Source of the DNA: Lama glama
Taxonomy: Eukaryota
Reading direction: 5' to 3'
DNA: 64,000 nt
Assembly: GCA_028534125.1 (NCBI GenBank)
Contig: CM052818.1
Location: 28,088,001 to 28,152,000, forward strand
Made by a program: the position numbers and the translations under genes. Below are positions 53,250 through 64,000 of this stretch, piece after piece; the stretch's first letter is position 1, and the number at the start of each line of letters is the position of its first letter. The notes below the pieces were generated by a model that saw only the letters and a program-made list of their open reading frames with translations, ran no database searches and had not been told where the DNA came from.

Positions 53250-53518
53250 CTTTTCATCTTCACTGGCTGTGGCCCTGTTTCACATGTCTCATGGAGCAAT
53301 AGTCTGTGACAGTTAGAGAGGAATCATGACCATGTGTAGGGTTGCTGATGTTACAATAGAAACATGTGTGTCATTGATTACACTTCTGAGTTGCTGAAAC
53401 TAACTCTGGGACTGCCATTTGCTTCCAGGAGAATTATTTGAAATAATAAGTTATCTAGCTTTGTAAGCCACTGTTGGTTGGGCACTTTATTATTTGCAGA
53501 CAAAGGCCTCTTAATAGC
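53250..53518 (+). mobile_element. Old MaLR LTR 3' part (MLT1K-like)
   Basis: 'gagttgctgaaactaactctggga...taagccactgttggttgggcactttattatttgcag'. Confidence 0.65.
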
Positions 53519-53744
53519 ATATCTCTATAAATGTTCAACCAAGGTGAAAATAATTTCATTAGCGTCTCTTCATTGCCCTTCTGGAGAAACTCTGATTCCT
53601 CAATAGATTAAGACATATTCAAGGCCTTTAAAAAAGCCATGGAATAGAAACAATACTTTTCATATCCGCTGCCTTTCTTTATTAGAAAACTGTTCTGTTT
53701 CACTCATATGAAATTTCATAGTTGTGATTGTAATCATAATTAAA

Positions 53745-53915
53745 GTGGGATGATACGGTGCAAAAAGGGCTGACCTTGGAGTCTTCAGATCCCAGTTCTG
53801 CTGCTGATTTTGCTAATAATTTACTCCATTGACTAGGATGACTCATTAATCACTCTGCTTAAGTTTCCTCAACTGAAAAATGACTACCTTATGGAAATAT
53901 TGTAAACTCTAAAAG
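53745..53915 (+). mobile_element. MIR SINE
   Basis: 'aaaagggctgaccttggagtc...cccagttctgc...cactctgcttaagtttcctcaactgaaaaatg'. Confidence 0.65.
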
Positions 53916-54499
53916 AAATTAACCACCACGCCACCACATTACCAGCCCCCCTGTCCCCAACCTCAAACACACTGCACTCCTAAGGAGCAAGAGCTCTGGT
54001 AATGTCTAAGAATAGGAACTGTCATTTTATTGTACCTGAAAGAAATTACAAATACCTACTGCCACATGGAGTGCTGTTTGGGATCCCTCTTTAGATTCCT
54101 ATTTTGCAGTATCACAAATCTTCAAAGCCTTTTTGGTTTGCTTTTTTCTCATCATTGGTGGAGTTGACAAGCCTGGCATTGTCTCTCATTTGCAATCACT
54201 CCCCCAACCCAGACATGGACTGAGTGGTTTAGGAAAATTCTGTTATTGCAACTGCATTGAAGGGTTACTATTTCTACAGTTCTTGCTACTGTAATACAAA
54301 ACATATTAAGTCTAAGATTACTGTGTGGGGATGGAGTGAAGAGACTAAGGTGTTCACTAATCCAGCTCCAGTCTTGCCTTAAACCAGAAAATAAAATAAA
54401 GCTTGATTTAAGCCAGGTCACAACTCCTTAGTGTAACTTTCTTTTTTAATCTATTGCTGATCCCCTCAAAATGTCCACATGTTCTTCAGGCCCTCGATT

Positions 54500-55545
54500 A
54501 ATCATTGGTATTGTGTTAGGGATTGCATTGAATCTGTAGATTGCTTTAGGTAGTATGGTCATTTTAACAATATTAATTTTTCAATCCATGAACACAGTGT
54601 ATCTTTCCATCTGTTTGTGTTGTTTTCAATTAATCAGTGTCTTATGGTTTTCAAGCACAGGTCTTTAACCTCCTTAGATTTATTCCTAGATATTTCATTC
54701 TTTTTGATGCTGTTGTAAGTGGGATTGTTTGCTTATAGTTATCCTTCTGATAGTTCACTGTTGTTCTATAGAAATGAAACAGATTTCCATGTATTAATTT
54801 TGTATCCTGCAACTTTACCAAATTTATTGATGGTTGTAGGTTTTTGGTTGAGTCTTTGGGATTTTCTATGTATTGTATTAGGTCATCTGCAAACATCTTA
54901 CTTCTTCCTTTCCAGTTTGAATTCTTTTCATTTCTTTTTCTTGTCTGATTTCTTTTTCTTGTCATTGGGTTAGGACTTCCAATGCTATGTTGAATAACAT
55001 TAGTAAGAGTGGGCATCCTTGTCTTGTTCCTGATCCTAGGGGAAATGCTTTCAACTTTTCACTGTTGAATGTGATGTTAACTAAGCTTGTCATATATGTC
55101 CTTTATTATGTTGAGGTATGTTCCCTCTATATCCACTTCGTTGAGAATTTTTACCATAAATGGTTGTTGAATTTTGTTAAAAGCTTTTCTGCATCTATTG
55201 AAATGATTATATAATTTTTATCCGTTAATTAGTTAATGTGGTATTGCATTGATTACATTGTGGATATTGATCCATACTTGTATCCCTGGATTAAATCTCA
55301 CTTGAAAATTTTCTGTGAGCTTGTAATGTACTTTTAAATTCAGTTTGCTAATATTCTGTTGAGGATTTTTACATCTGTGTTCATCAGTGATACTGGCCTG
55401 TAAATTTTCTTTCTTTGTGATGTGTTTGTCTGGTTTTGGTATCAGGATGATGCTGGCTTCATAGAATGAGTTCAGAAGGATTCCTTCCTCTGCAGTTTTT
55501 TGGAATAGTTTGAGAATGACTTTTCTCAAAATGTTTGGTAGATGA
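54500..55545 (-). mobile_element. Relatively young L1 ORF2 (RT) fragment, frameshifted
   Basis: ORFs 55233..55529 (ILKLFQKTAEEGILLNSFYEASIILIPKPDK) and 54651..55016 (FADDLIQYIENPKDSTK, the RT catalytic FADD). Confidence 0.97.
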
Positions 55546-56269
55546 TATTTGAGATAACCACATTTTGAAGAATTAACTTATTCTTTGTTTAGCAAGTGTG
55601 AATTTTTGTGTCCAATGCACTTATTAGTATGAGGGTTACAAAGATAATAGGGTCATAGTCTTTGTCTTCAGTAGGCTTAAAATCCAAATAAGAATACCAA
55701 TAATCAGATAAAATCAATGAAATTTTCTATTGACATAGAGACAAATACCTGGTATAAAGTCTGGCACATAATAGCTACTTAATAAATGTTTATTTAAAAA
55801 CAAATATAGAATTGATGCAAGTATGTGCCTGGCAAATTGAATGACAGTTATGTGATCAGAGGAAGGTTTGGGAAGTATTTACTAGAGGAAGTTTGTCTAG
55901 GAAAAATGCAGGAGTTGATCATGGTGAGCACAAAGGAGGATAATGTTACAGCCACAAGATTTTGTCACCGAAACCCAGAAGGGTACACTGGAGAAGTGTA
56001 TTTACATTTGGCAGGGAGCCTGCCCCAGAAGATGCCAAGGCATTTTACGAATGTGCAGAGGGAATATTCTGATGACTTCCCACCTTTACCAAGATGAGAA
56101 GTATTTGTAGTCAGTTGCCCATAGAAACATTAGTTACTAGCGTGTTGGGAATTTACCTAGTTAGCTTTGAGAAAGCTATTTGTTCATTCATGAATCTGTA
56201 CATTCTTGCATTCAAATACATTTATGAGGTGAATAGTTATGTGAAAATCTGTGTTACTAAGTCTGTAAG

Positions 56270-56420
56270 ACTTTGCAGCTCAGCATGTTTCCCAGGGATA
56301 AGAAGCATCTGTATCATCCAGGAGCTTGTTAGAAATGCAGATGATCAGGACCAACTTCAGTCTTACTGTATAAGAATCTGCATTTTAACAAGATCGCTAG
56401 GTAATTCATATGAATATTTC
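56270..56420. mobile_element. MER5A hAT-Charlie MITE
   Basis: 'ggagcttgttagaaatgcaga...agaatctgcattttaacaagatc'. Confidence 0.85.
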
Positions 56421-56539
56421 TGAAGGATACAAAGAAAACTTGTTTAGAGCTTTCTAGGACTTCTCAGTCTAATAGGGGAGATAAAATACATGTACAAACA
56501 GTACCACAATACCAGTGCCCCATGGCACATGTCAGGATG

Positions 56540-56790
56540 TGTGACACAGCCTGGCATACTTTGAAGTCAGACAAACACTGATTTAAAGAACAGTCTTAGA
56601 CGCTTATTTTCTGTGTAAGGTTGGACAACTTATTTTTCCGTTCTCTGACTCAGTATCTTTTCCTGTGGGATACTAATGGTGACCACTTTACCAGGCTGTT
56701 TAGGAATTTGGAATGACCCATGTAAATGCTTGTAAATGCTTAGCATGGTACCTGGAACAGAATAAGCACTGGTTAAATAATGATGAATAT
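56540..56790 (+). mobile_element. MIR SINE
   Basis: 'tttgaagtcagaca...ttctctgactcagtatc...tgtaaatgcttagcatggtacctggaacagaataagcact'. Confidence 0.75.
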
Positions 56791-58074
56791 TATGGAAATT
56801 GAAAATTTCACTGTTTGCAGGTAGATACGCAGTTATAGATAAATAGTCATGAAAAGGTAACATTTTATCTGTCTGTTATAGATAGAATTTTAATATAGGG
56901 TGTTAAGAATGCACAAGGAAGGACATGTTCAACCCTGTAGTCATGATTTTAAACTATTGGAAGGTGTATTTCTTACACATACAGATACTACTTGAGAGTC
57001 AAGGACTTTTTATGTTATAAAAGAACATCCATCATCCAGTTTAGAACTAATCATCAATTTAGACCAATCATCTGTCTGCAAACTTAATAACATAACATGA
57101 ACTAGATAGGCTGTTCAGATACATTACTAATTTTATTATTTGAAGTTCCTTTAAAACAAAATACTTTTCAAAATAAACAAACTGCCTTGTTCATTTTTTT
57201 AGTTTAGAATTAGAATTAAATATCTTGGCCTTTTTATTGTTGGAAGCACAGTAAGGCCTCTATAAAAAAATATTGAAATTTAATCCTGGGTATTCACAGT
57301 GAAAGGACAAATACAAATCATGCATCTTAGAATTTGTTGCAATTTGTCAATTTAAGGGATTCTCTTGGCAAAATATAGACTTCTATATATTATGCATTGT
57401 TTGGAGAAATTATAACTGAGTAAAATCATTTCATTAAACTTACCTTGATTATCAAAGCCAGCATGGGTGGTAATAACCTGCCTTCTCAGTATGCATGGAC
57501 AGGACCCCCAGCTCTTTCACACCACGGGCAGGCAAAGTGTTTTCAGCTGTTGAGATAAGGACTGATCCTCACCACTTACTACATTTTTGCTAAATTTTTT
57601 GTTAGAAGTTCTGTGGTTAATGCTCAGTGTACAGTTGCCCAAATTATAAGAGGAAACAGTGAGTGCCACCCAGGGAGAAACGTGAGCCTTGTTATTTACT
57701 ATTCCAGCCTTCCCTTTCTCTCCCAAAGCCCTGCCCAACTAAAATGAAAGTGCCTCCAGAGGGCAATGGGAAGTTGCAAGGAGAGCAGACACAGGGTAGA
57801 AAAGTAGACTTAATGTTTCCTTGCTGTGTTAACCTTTTGCCTCCAGGCCTTGTGCATTTCCATCTGGCTCAGGTTATGTGTTTAATCAATATACGGGTTT
57901 TCTTTTTCTCTCCTTTTCTCCTTTGGGAGCCTATAAGAGTGGATATTAAAGACTTCCATCTGCCTTCCACCTGACTAGCTGAGAGAGTGGAAGTTTTGCT
58001 ACAGGCAAGAGACAGAGGAGCAGTTTGAGCTGCTGAAATCTTTTAGGTGTTGGGGTTTGATGTTGGCCGTAAAG

Positions 58075-60200
58075 CAAGGATTTCCACAGTGTGTTCTGTG
58101 GGCTACTGGTGGACTTTCAATATTTTATATTTATATAGAATACTTTATGTATTATAAAATAAATATGTTTACATATAATAAAACATAAACTAAATTAAAT
58201 ACATTATATACAAAGATAATAAGTAAGAATGCATAAAATAAATAATGAATAAATACATATTTTTGTAAGAGGTCTATAAACAGCTTGGTCATTTTGGAGG
58301 AAAAAATGATGAAGTGATTTGTTCACAATTGTTTCACAAGTTTGATTACATGGAAGATTCAGGTTTTCCCCTAAAATGCCATCATAAACTTAAAAATGGC
58401 AGCTGTTTTATCAAGGACTGCTTGGAGCAGTTTCTTTTACATAACTTTCAGTTTAGAGTTTTCTCCTTGTCTCAACCAAAGAATTTTCCTATCTTTTGAG
58501 TACCATTGTTTTCATTTCCTAAATTAGCACTTTCATTGTTTTTGTTGCTTGGTATCCTAAATTGGAATAAGAGGGCTAGTAGCTCAAAAAATACATTAAA
58601 GGACAAAAATAACAGTAAGTATAATGAAAGCTCACAGATTCTATTAATCCAAAAAGAGAACATGAATCTCTCTGTGTTCAAAAAAGTCAATCTGCAAGTG
58701 GGGTGGCTTTATACAGATGTCCAAGACAAGAAGTGAGTGAAAAGCACACTATAGACACATGAAAACTAGATTTTTCAGGGGTAAAGGCAACAGCTGTGCC
58801 CCTAGTCACTACTGTCTTGTCTGTTAAAAATTTGGTCAGTGTCTCAAAGCCATAGATTATTTTCCTGACATTTTCAAATAAAGCATAGGAACATCCCTGT
58901 AGTGTCAATAGATTTTCCTAAACAAGTACAGAATAATGCTGTTCAGAATGATCTTGATAGATACAGTCACTAATGGTAGAGAAGATAACAGATCTATGAA
59001 GGCATCATTTGAAGTTGTTTTCCTTATGACAAAAATTAATCAATAGCTTGCACAGTAGTTTATGAAATAACCAACAAGGTTACTGTCCTTACAGAGAAAC
59101 AAAATGAACTACTGTCACAATCCTTAATCAGATAACACTTTTGACCATCAAATGTTAAGTGCTTTAAGTAGGAAATCCAAGTACTATCTTTTGTGCAGAA
59201 TTGCAGATATTTAAATTTATGTTTTGCTAAAACTGCAGTGTAGTTTCTTGGCACATAATATGGTGAATATATATTATTTGTAAGCTTTTATGTAGCTGTA
59301 CACAGTTTTATTGGAATCAAGGCTGATGGAGCAGTGATGCAAAGAAGGATGCTGTGACATGATAAAGGTTTGCACCTGAGTGCCTGTGCACCCACTGCTT
59401 TAATCACAGAAAACAGTTGGATGATAACAAAATGCTGTTTTATGTTGGTTCTGTATTAAAGAAAATACTGCAAATTGTAAATACCATCAAATCAGAGCCA
59501 TCGAGCAGTCACCATTTTCAGTGTACTCTTTGGAGATTTTGCTTTTCCAAAGCAAAGTAAGCCACAACAAGCAGGCAAAACACCAAAATGCATTATAAAT
59601 GATGGGTGTGATAAAATTTTCTTTAAGACACAAACAGTGCCAGCAAAGAGTATTTATATTATTTCTAATACATTGCTCCAGTGGAATAGTTCAGTAATAT
59701 AATTGATTTCATGAAGAGTTTTAGCCTATTATTTTGAGACTGAAGTATGATTTTAATGTGGTTGATAACATATCTGGGCTTAGTAGGCAGACAAATACTT
59801 GATGCAAGTGACCCAATTGCTGAGAAAGGTATTCTTTTCCACAACATGATAGTTGCTTTCATTCAGCTGTGAATCATACCTGTGTGTTGAGACAGACTGT
59901 GATGAAATCCTTCCCAGAGCTGAAAGCAATAAATAAACGGATTAGGAATCTATTCATCCCTATCTCCTAAATTGTACTGTTTAATTTGCCAGTTTTTGAG
60001 GATAATGGCTTGTCAATTTAGTTTATGATAGATCTATGAAAAGAATTTTATGTAAATTCTTTTTTTATGATTTCATAAGTGATCCTAATACAGAGAACTA
60101 TCTAATATAGCCATCAAATAGTCACTCCCATTCCAGACCACATATAAATTATCCTACAGTGTAATGTAGCAAAAATAAAAAGTAATGAAGGAAACTAACA
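58075..60200 (+). mobile_element. Fossil hAT-Charlie DNA transposon with pseudogenised transposase
   Basis: Collinear motifs by manual translation: MKASFEVVFLMTK (from 58996), FIGIKADGAVM (59307-59339), APECLCTHCFNHRKQL...VLKKILQIVNTIKSEP (from 59372), ELSNIAIK*SLPFQTTY (60095-60145). Charlie-like end 'caaggatttccacagtgtgttctgtgg' at 58075. Confidence 0.85.
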
Positions 60201-60465
60201 GGATCATGGGCAATCTACTCATCATGAAATCAAGTAAAGGGATTTTAAAGAAACAAAAGTTGTATTCACAGTCTGCATCATTTTCGGAAAATTATATCGC
60301 CTCAGGAATCTCTTCCACCCACAGAAATCTTGCTCTTCTGAATTTCTGTAACATCTCGTTTCTATCAATCATCTTCTTAATTTCAGTGCTTGGCTTACCT
60401 TTTCTTCTTTATTTGATTCATATGCAAATTATGTGTGACTCTTAGTATTTAGAATAAGGCAAACC

Positions 60466-60691
60466 ACTAGAGCAAACTACAGCCCATGAGCCCACTCTGG
60501 CCTACTGCCTATTTTTCAAAATAAAAATATTTTATTGTAACAAAACCACACCCGATTGTTTACATATTATCTATGCTTGTTTCAGGTCAACAATAACAGA
60601 ATTGAACAGTTGTGACAGAAACCATATAATCCAGAAAACCAAAAAAAAAGAAAAAAAGATTTATTTTATCCTGGTCCTTTACAGACCCTTG
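60466..60691 (+). mobile_element. MER58A-like hAT-Charlie MITE
   Basis: 'gcaaactacagcccatgagcc..tctggcctactgcctattttt', 'tgtttacatattatctatg', 'agttgtgacagaaacc'. Confidence 0.85.
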
Positions 60692-61839
60692 TACTAGGGT
60701 ATAAGTTGTTCAGAGATTTAGTAAGTTTTTCAAATACTTGATGAATGAGTTGTCTCAGATTTAATACCATCTGATATTTTTATAGTGGATTTATTCAACC
60801 ATCTGTAATTATCCTTATGAATACTTTGACCAGGAACATCACTCTTAGTCAAACTATTCTCGGTCAAGTTAAAACCCAGTTGGAAAATTATGAGCAGTTA
60901 TGCATGAATCAGAGGTGTTATCCTATTTACTGCTGGTTTGGTAAAGCAATCCTGGTAAGTTCTCATGGGACTGCAACAACACATTTTGACAATTTCCAAT
61001 TAGCAACCCCAAACTGATTCTCCAAAATAAGACTGCAGTTCCTCAGAAGACCCATGTCCCTCCCAGGAAGAGAGTTACTATAAATCATAGTGACACAGTG
61101 CACTCACCCATAAGACCTAATATAAGTATAAGTATAGTCTCCTAAAGCACATTCCTGTTCAGCCTTATCATGAAAAGCACCTTGGGGCACACTGAAAACT
61201 CTGTGGCCCCTCAGGTCTTTTTATCAGTTATAAGGTGAGTGATTTTTAAATGCATTTTTTTTTCTTTTAAGAGAGCAAATAAAACCAGCATGTTTTGGAA
61301 CATTTTAAGATTAATAGCTTTGTGGATGATGCCGACTGAGTTCAGGATCATTACATTTTCAGCCACGTCCAGAACTCTCAATTTGTAAGCATAAAGTCAG
61401 CCTGTTTTTTTTTTTTTTAATTCCTGCAGCACATCCTCACTCTACTCACAAATGAGGTTTATTTCTTCATTTGATTATTAGAATAACATAGTTATTTCAA
61501 ACATTGGACTATGAATTGTTTTCCTAGCTTTGTATGTATCAAAAAATATATTTCTGATACCTGAAGAATTTCAGGAGCAAGGAGATCATTAGATGTTTTA
61601 AGTATTTAGAAATCAGATTACTAACTTATTTGAAGTCATAATTTTAGAGATAGGTGAGATTTCAAGGAACATCTGGTCAAATGATTTCATTTTATAGATG
61701 AAAAAGAGAAAAGTAAGTTATGAAAGTCCAGAGCTAGCCAGTGGGCAGACTAGGATGAGATACCTTTGTCTCAGTTCCTTATCAAATAACTACACACTGC
61801 TTTCTTTCTATGGTGTTAATCCCCAAAGAAAATGTCAAC

Positions 61840-62000
61840 CATTTTACACATCTTTGAGAAGAACTGGGTGAGATTTCACTAAATCTGCCTGGAAGGGATA
61901 GGTACCATTTTTCACACAGGGCAGCTAACAAAATCAAAGATTAGATATGAGAGGTGATTTGCCCAGAGTCATGTCACACAGGTAAGGGTTTGAGCATCTT
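61840..62000 (-). mobile_element. MIR SINE fragment
   Basis: 'ccatttttcacacagggcagc...gtgatttgcccagagtcatg'. Confidence 0.5.
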
Positions 62001-62935
62001 CTCCCCTCTTCACGGGACTCCCACTGAGGTTGCTAGTTTCTACATGAAAGTTTTTATCAACAGTTTCATTTTGCAGAAGGGATGTCTTTTGTAACTAGAT
62101 GGCCACAGGGTACAATTAATTGCAGTATGAGCTAATTTAGATGTTATAGGAATTAAGAGATAATTATGTGTCGCTAAAATTATCTGCACACATCACCAAT
62201 TACCTTAGACTACTGTAGTTGGTGGTAACACTGCCCTGCAGAAAAAGAGTGCCAGAAAATCCATTTCTCTAGGACAAAATTTTCATTTTCTACTTATCAA
62301 GGTGGTAAAAACTACTCAGATTGTGACATTCTTGACTTGTGGTATTCCACCCTTTCTTTTGGCATAGCAAAACCTAAATATAATCTTGTAAAATGATAAC
62401 TTGCCTTTATTAGCTCTTACATTTTATTTATCCAGGTGATGATTTTAGTCTTCTTTAACTAGCTTTTGCTAGTTTATGATCAATACTTTGTTGAGGAGCA
62501 GAAATCCTAAAACATGTGAAAAAAGGTATCCAGTAAGTTATAGATAAATACAAATCTAAAATCTGGCATCTCATCTTAAGGTCTCTTTGAAAAATCACCT
62601 GAAATTGTGCAAAGAGGGGCTTTATGTGCCATTTTTCTGAAATGTGCCTTTTCCGTATCTTTTTGATGTGTTCCTCCAGATTAGAAACAATCTACAGGAA
62701 TCTGAGAAAATAGAAGCAACGTTTTGATGATCATAGATTTTTAAGACTCAACTAAATCAATGAAATAAATCAGTTAAGTGTGTATTTTAATACTATTTTT
62801 TTAAAAGCAGATCAGTTTTTATGTTGCATACACACTTTTCTAGAATTTTCAGTTTTGTTTGTTAGTAAATTATGTTCTAAATTTAAATCAGCACTAATAA
62901 TCTTGTTGTGTGGGAAGGGGAAGGGTGAATAGAGT

Positions 62936-62964
<29 letters not shown>
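62936..62964 (+). repeat. (TG)n microsatellite
   Basis: Directly visible. Confidence 0.97.
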
Positions 62965-62967
<3 letters not shown>

Positions 62968-63101
62968 GAGGGGTGGCTACTGCTGATCAAACGAATTTAG
63001 CTATCATAATGGTATTAGATATTTTCCTTAGATATATTTTTATAATTACTGTCAAACCACAGCATGCACTGACTTTGTTTTCTTACCTTTTAAATATTTA
63101 A

Positions 63102-63537
63102 TTAATTAATTAATTTTTAAAAATTTTAATTGAAGTACAGTCAGTTACAGTGTGTCAATTTCTGGTGTACAGCACAATGTCCCAGTCATGCATATACATA
63201 CATATATTCATTTTCATATTCTCTTTCATTAAAGATTATTATAAGATATTGAACACAGTTCCCTGTGCTATACAGAAGTAATTTTTTAAAATCTGTTTTT
63301 ATATGTAGTGATTAACCTTTGCAAATCTCAAACTCCCAAATTTATCCCTTCCCACCTCCTTTTCCCCAATAACCATAAGATTGTTACTATGTCTGTGAGT
63401 CTGTCTGTTTTGTAGATGAGTTCATTAGTGTCCTCTTTTTTCTTTTTCTTCTTTTTTTTCCTTTAGGTTCCACATATGAGTAATACTATATGGTATTTTT
63501 CTTTCTCTTTCTGGCTTACTTCACTTAAAATGACGTT
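63102..63537 (-). mobile_element. Young 5'-truncated L1 3' end (camelid-like subfamily)
   Basis: 'attgaagtacagtcagttacagtgtgtcaatttctggtgtacagc...gttccctgtgctatacag...tctggcttacttcactt'; TSD AAATATTTAA (63092-63101 / 63539-63548). Confidence 0.9.
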
Positions 63538-63704
63538 AAAATATTTAAGGTGGCCATAATGTTTTTTTCCTCATAAGATAACAATGAAGCAGAAGAAAAT
63601 GAGAGTTGAGTTTTATTCTAATTTTACAATATCAGCATTGTGGCCTCAGTGCATGTGTTTTTGTGGCAGATGCTAATTATATGACTTTTTTTTCGCCGTG
63701 AAGA

Positions 63705-64000
63705 TATTTTTTCCATTGAAGTATAGTCAGTTTACAATGTGTCAATTTCTGGTGTACAGCATAATTTTCAGTCATATACATATACACACACATAATCCTC
63801 TTCATATTCTTTTTCATTTTAGGTTACCACTAGATATTGAATGTAGTTCCCTGTGATATACAGTAGAAACTCATTGTTTGTCTATTTTAAATATAGTAGC
63901 TATTATTTGCAAACTTCAAACTCCCAGTTTAGCCCTTCCCACCCCTGGTAACCATAAGTTTATGTCTGTGAATTTGTTTCTGTTATGCAAATAAGTTCAT
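63705..64000 (-). mobile_element. Second young L1 3' end of a related subfamily (runs off the window)
   Basis: 'attgaagtatagtcagtttacaatgtgtcaatttctggtgtacagc...gttccctgtgatatacag'. Confidence 0.9.

Noticed and set aside
57444..57546. Minus-strand exon-like segment ending AAG|GTAAGT (a similar one lies at 50288-50352)
   Set aside because: Closed in all frames, with modest acceptors; not distinguishable from background without RNA data.
1..64000. CRISPR array, operon or other novel multi-gene system
   Set aside because: The sequence is mammalian repeat-rich DNA with no regularly spaced repeats and no intact genes; nothing supports such a system.

Overview
AT-rich mammalian intergenic or deep-intronic DNA. 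It is most likely camelid (camel, llama or alpaca), judged from a Vic-1-type tRNA-derived SINE at 10808-10946 and camelid-like young L1 3' ends at 63.1-64 kb. I see no credible protein-coding gene, functional RNA gene or CRISPR array. The recognisable ORFs are L1 ORF2 fragments; the rest are antisense/LTR/microsatellite frames or chance ORFs. Most recognisable content is transposable-element debris: L1, L2, MIR, MaLR/ERVL/ERV1 LTRs and hAT DNA transposons. The most notable structures are (i) one L1MC2-like element apparently broken into three pieces, one inverted, which points to a local ~5 kb rearrangement (32.1-37.5 kb); (ii) six ERV1-type LTRs in ~4.2 kb, including a three-level nest with readable target-site duplications (36.3-40.4 kb); (iii) a ~2 kb fossil hAT-Charlie transposase missed by the ORF track (58.1-60.2 kb); and (iv) a 70-bp local direct duplication. 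I found no convincing novel biological system. Repeat family names come from recalled consensus sequences, not from a search, and boundaries without a stated TSD are approximate.
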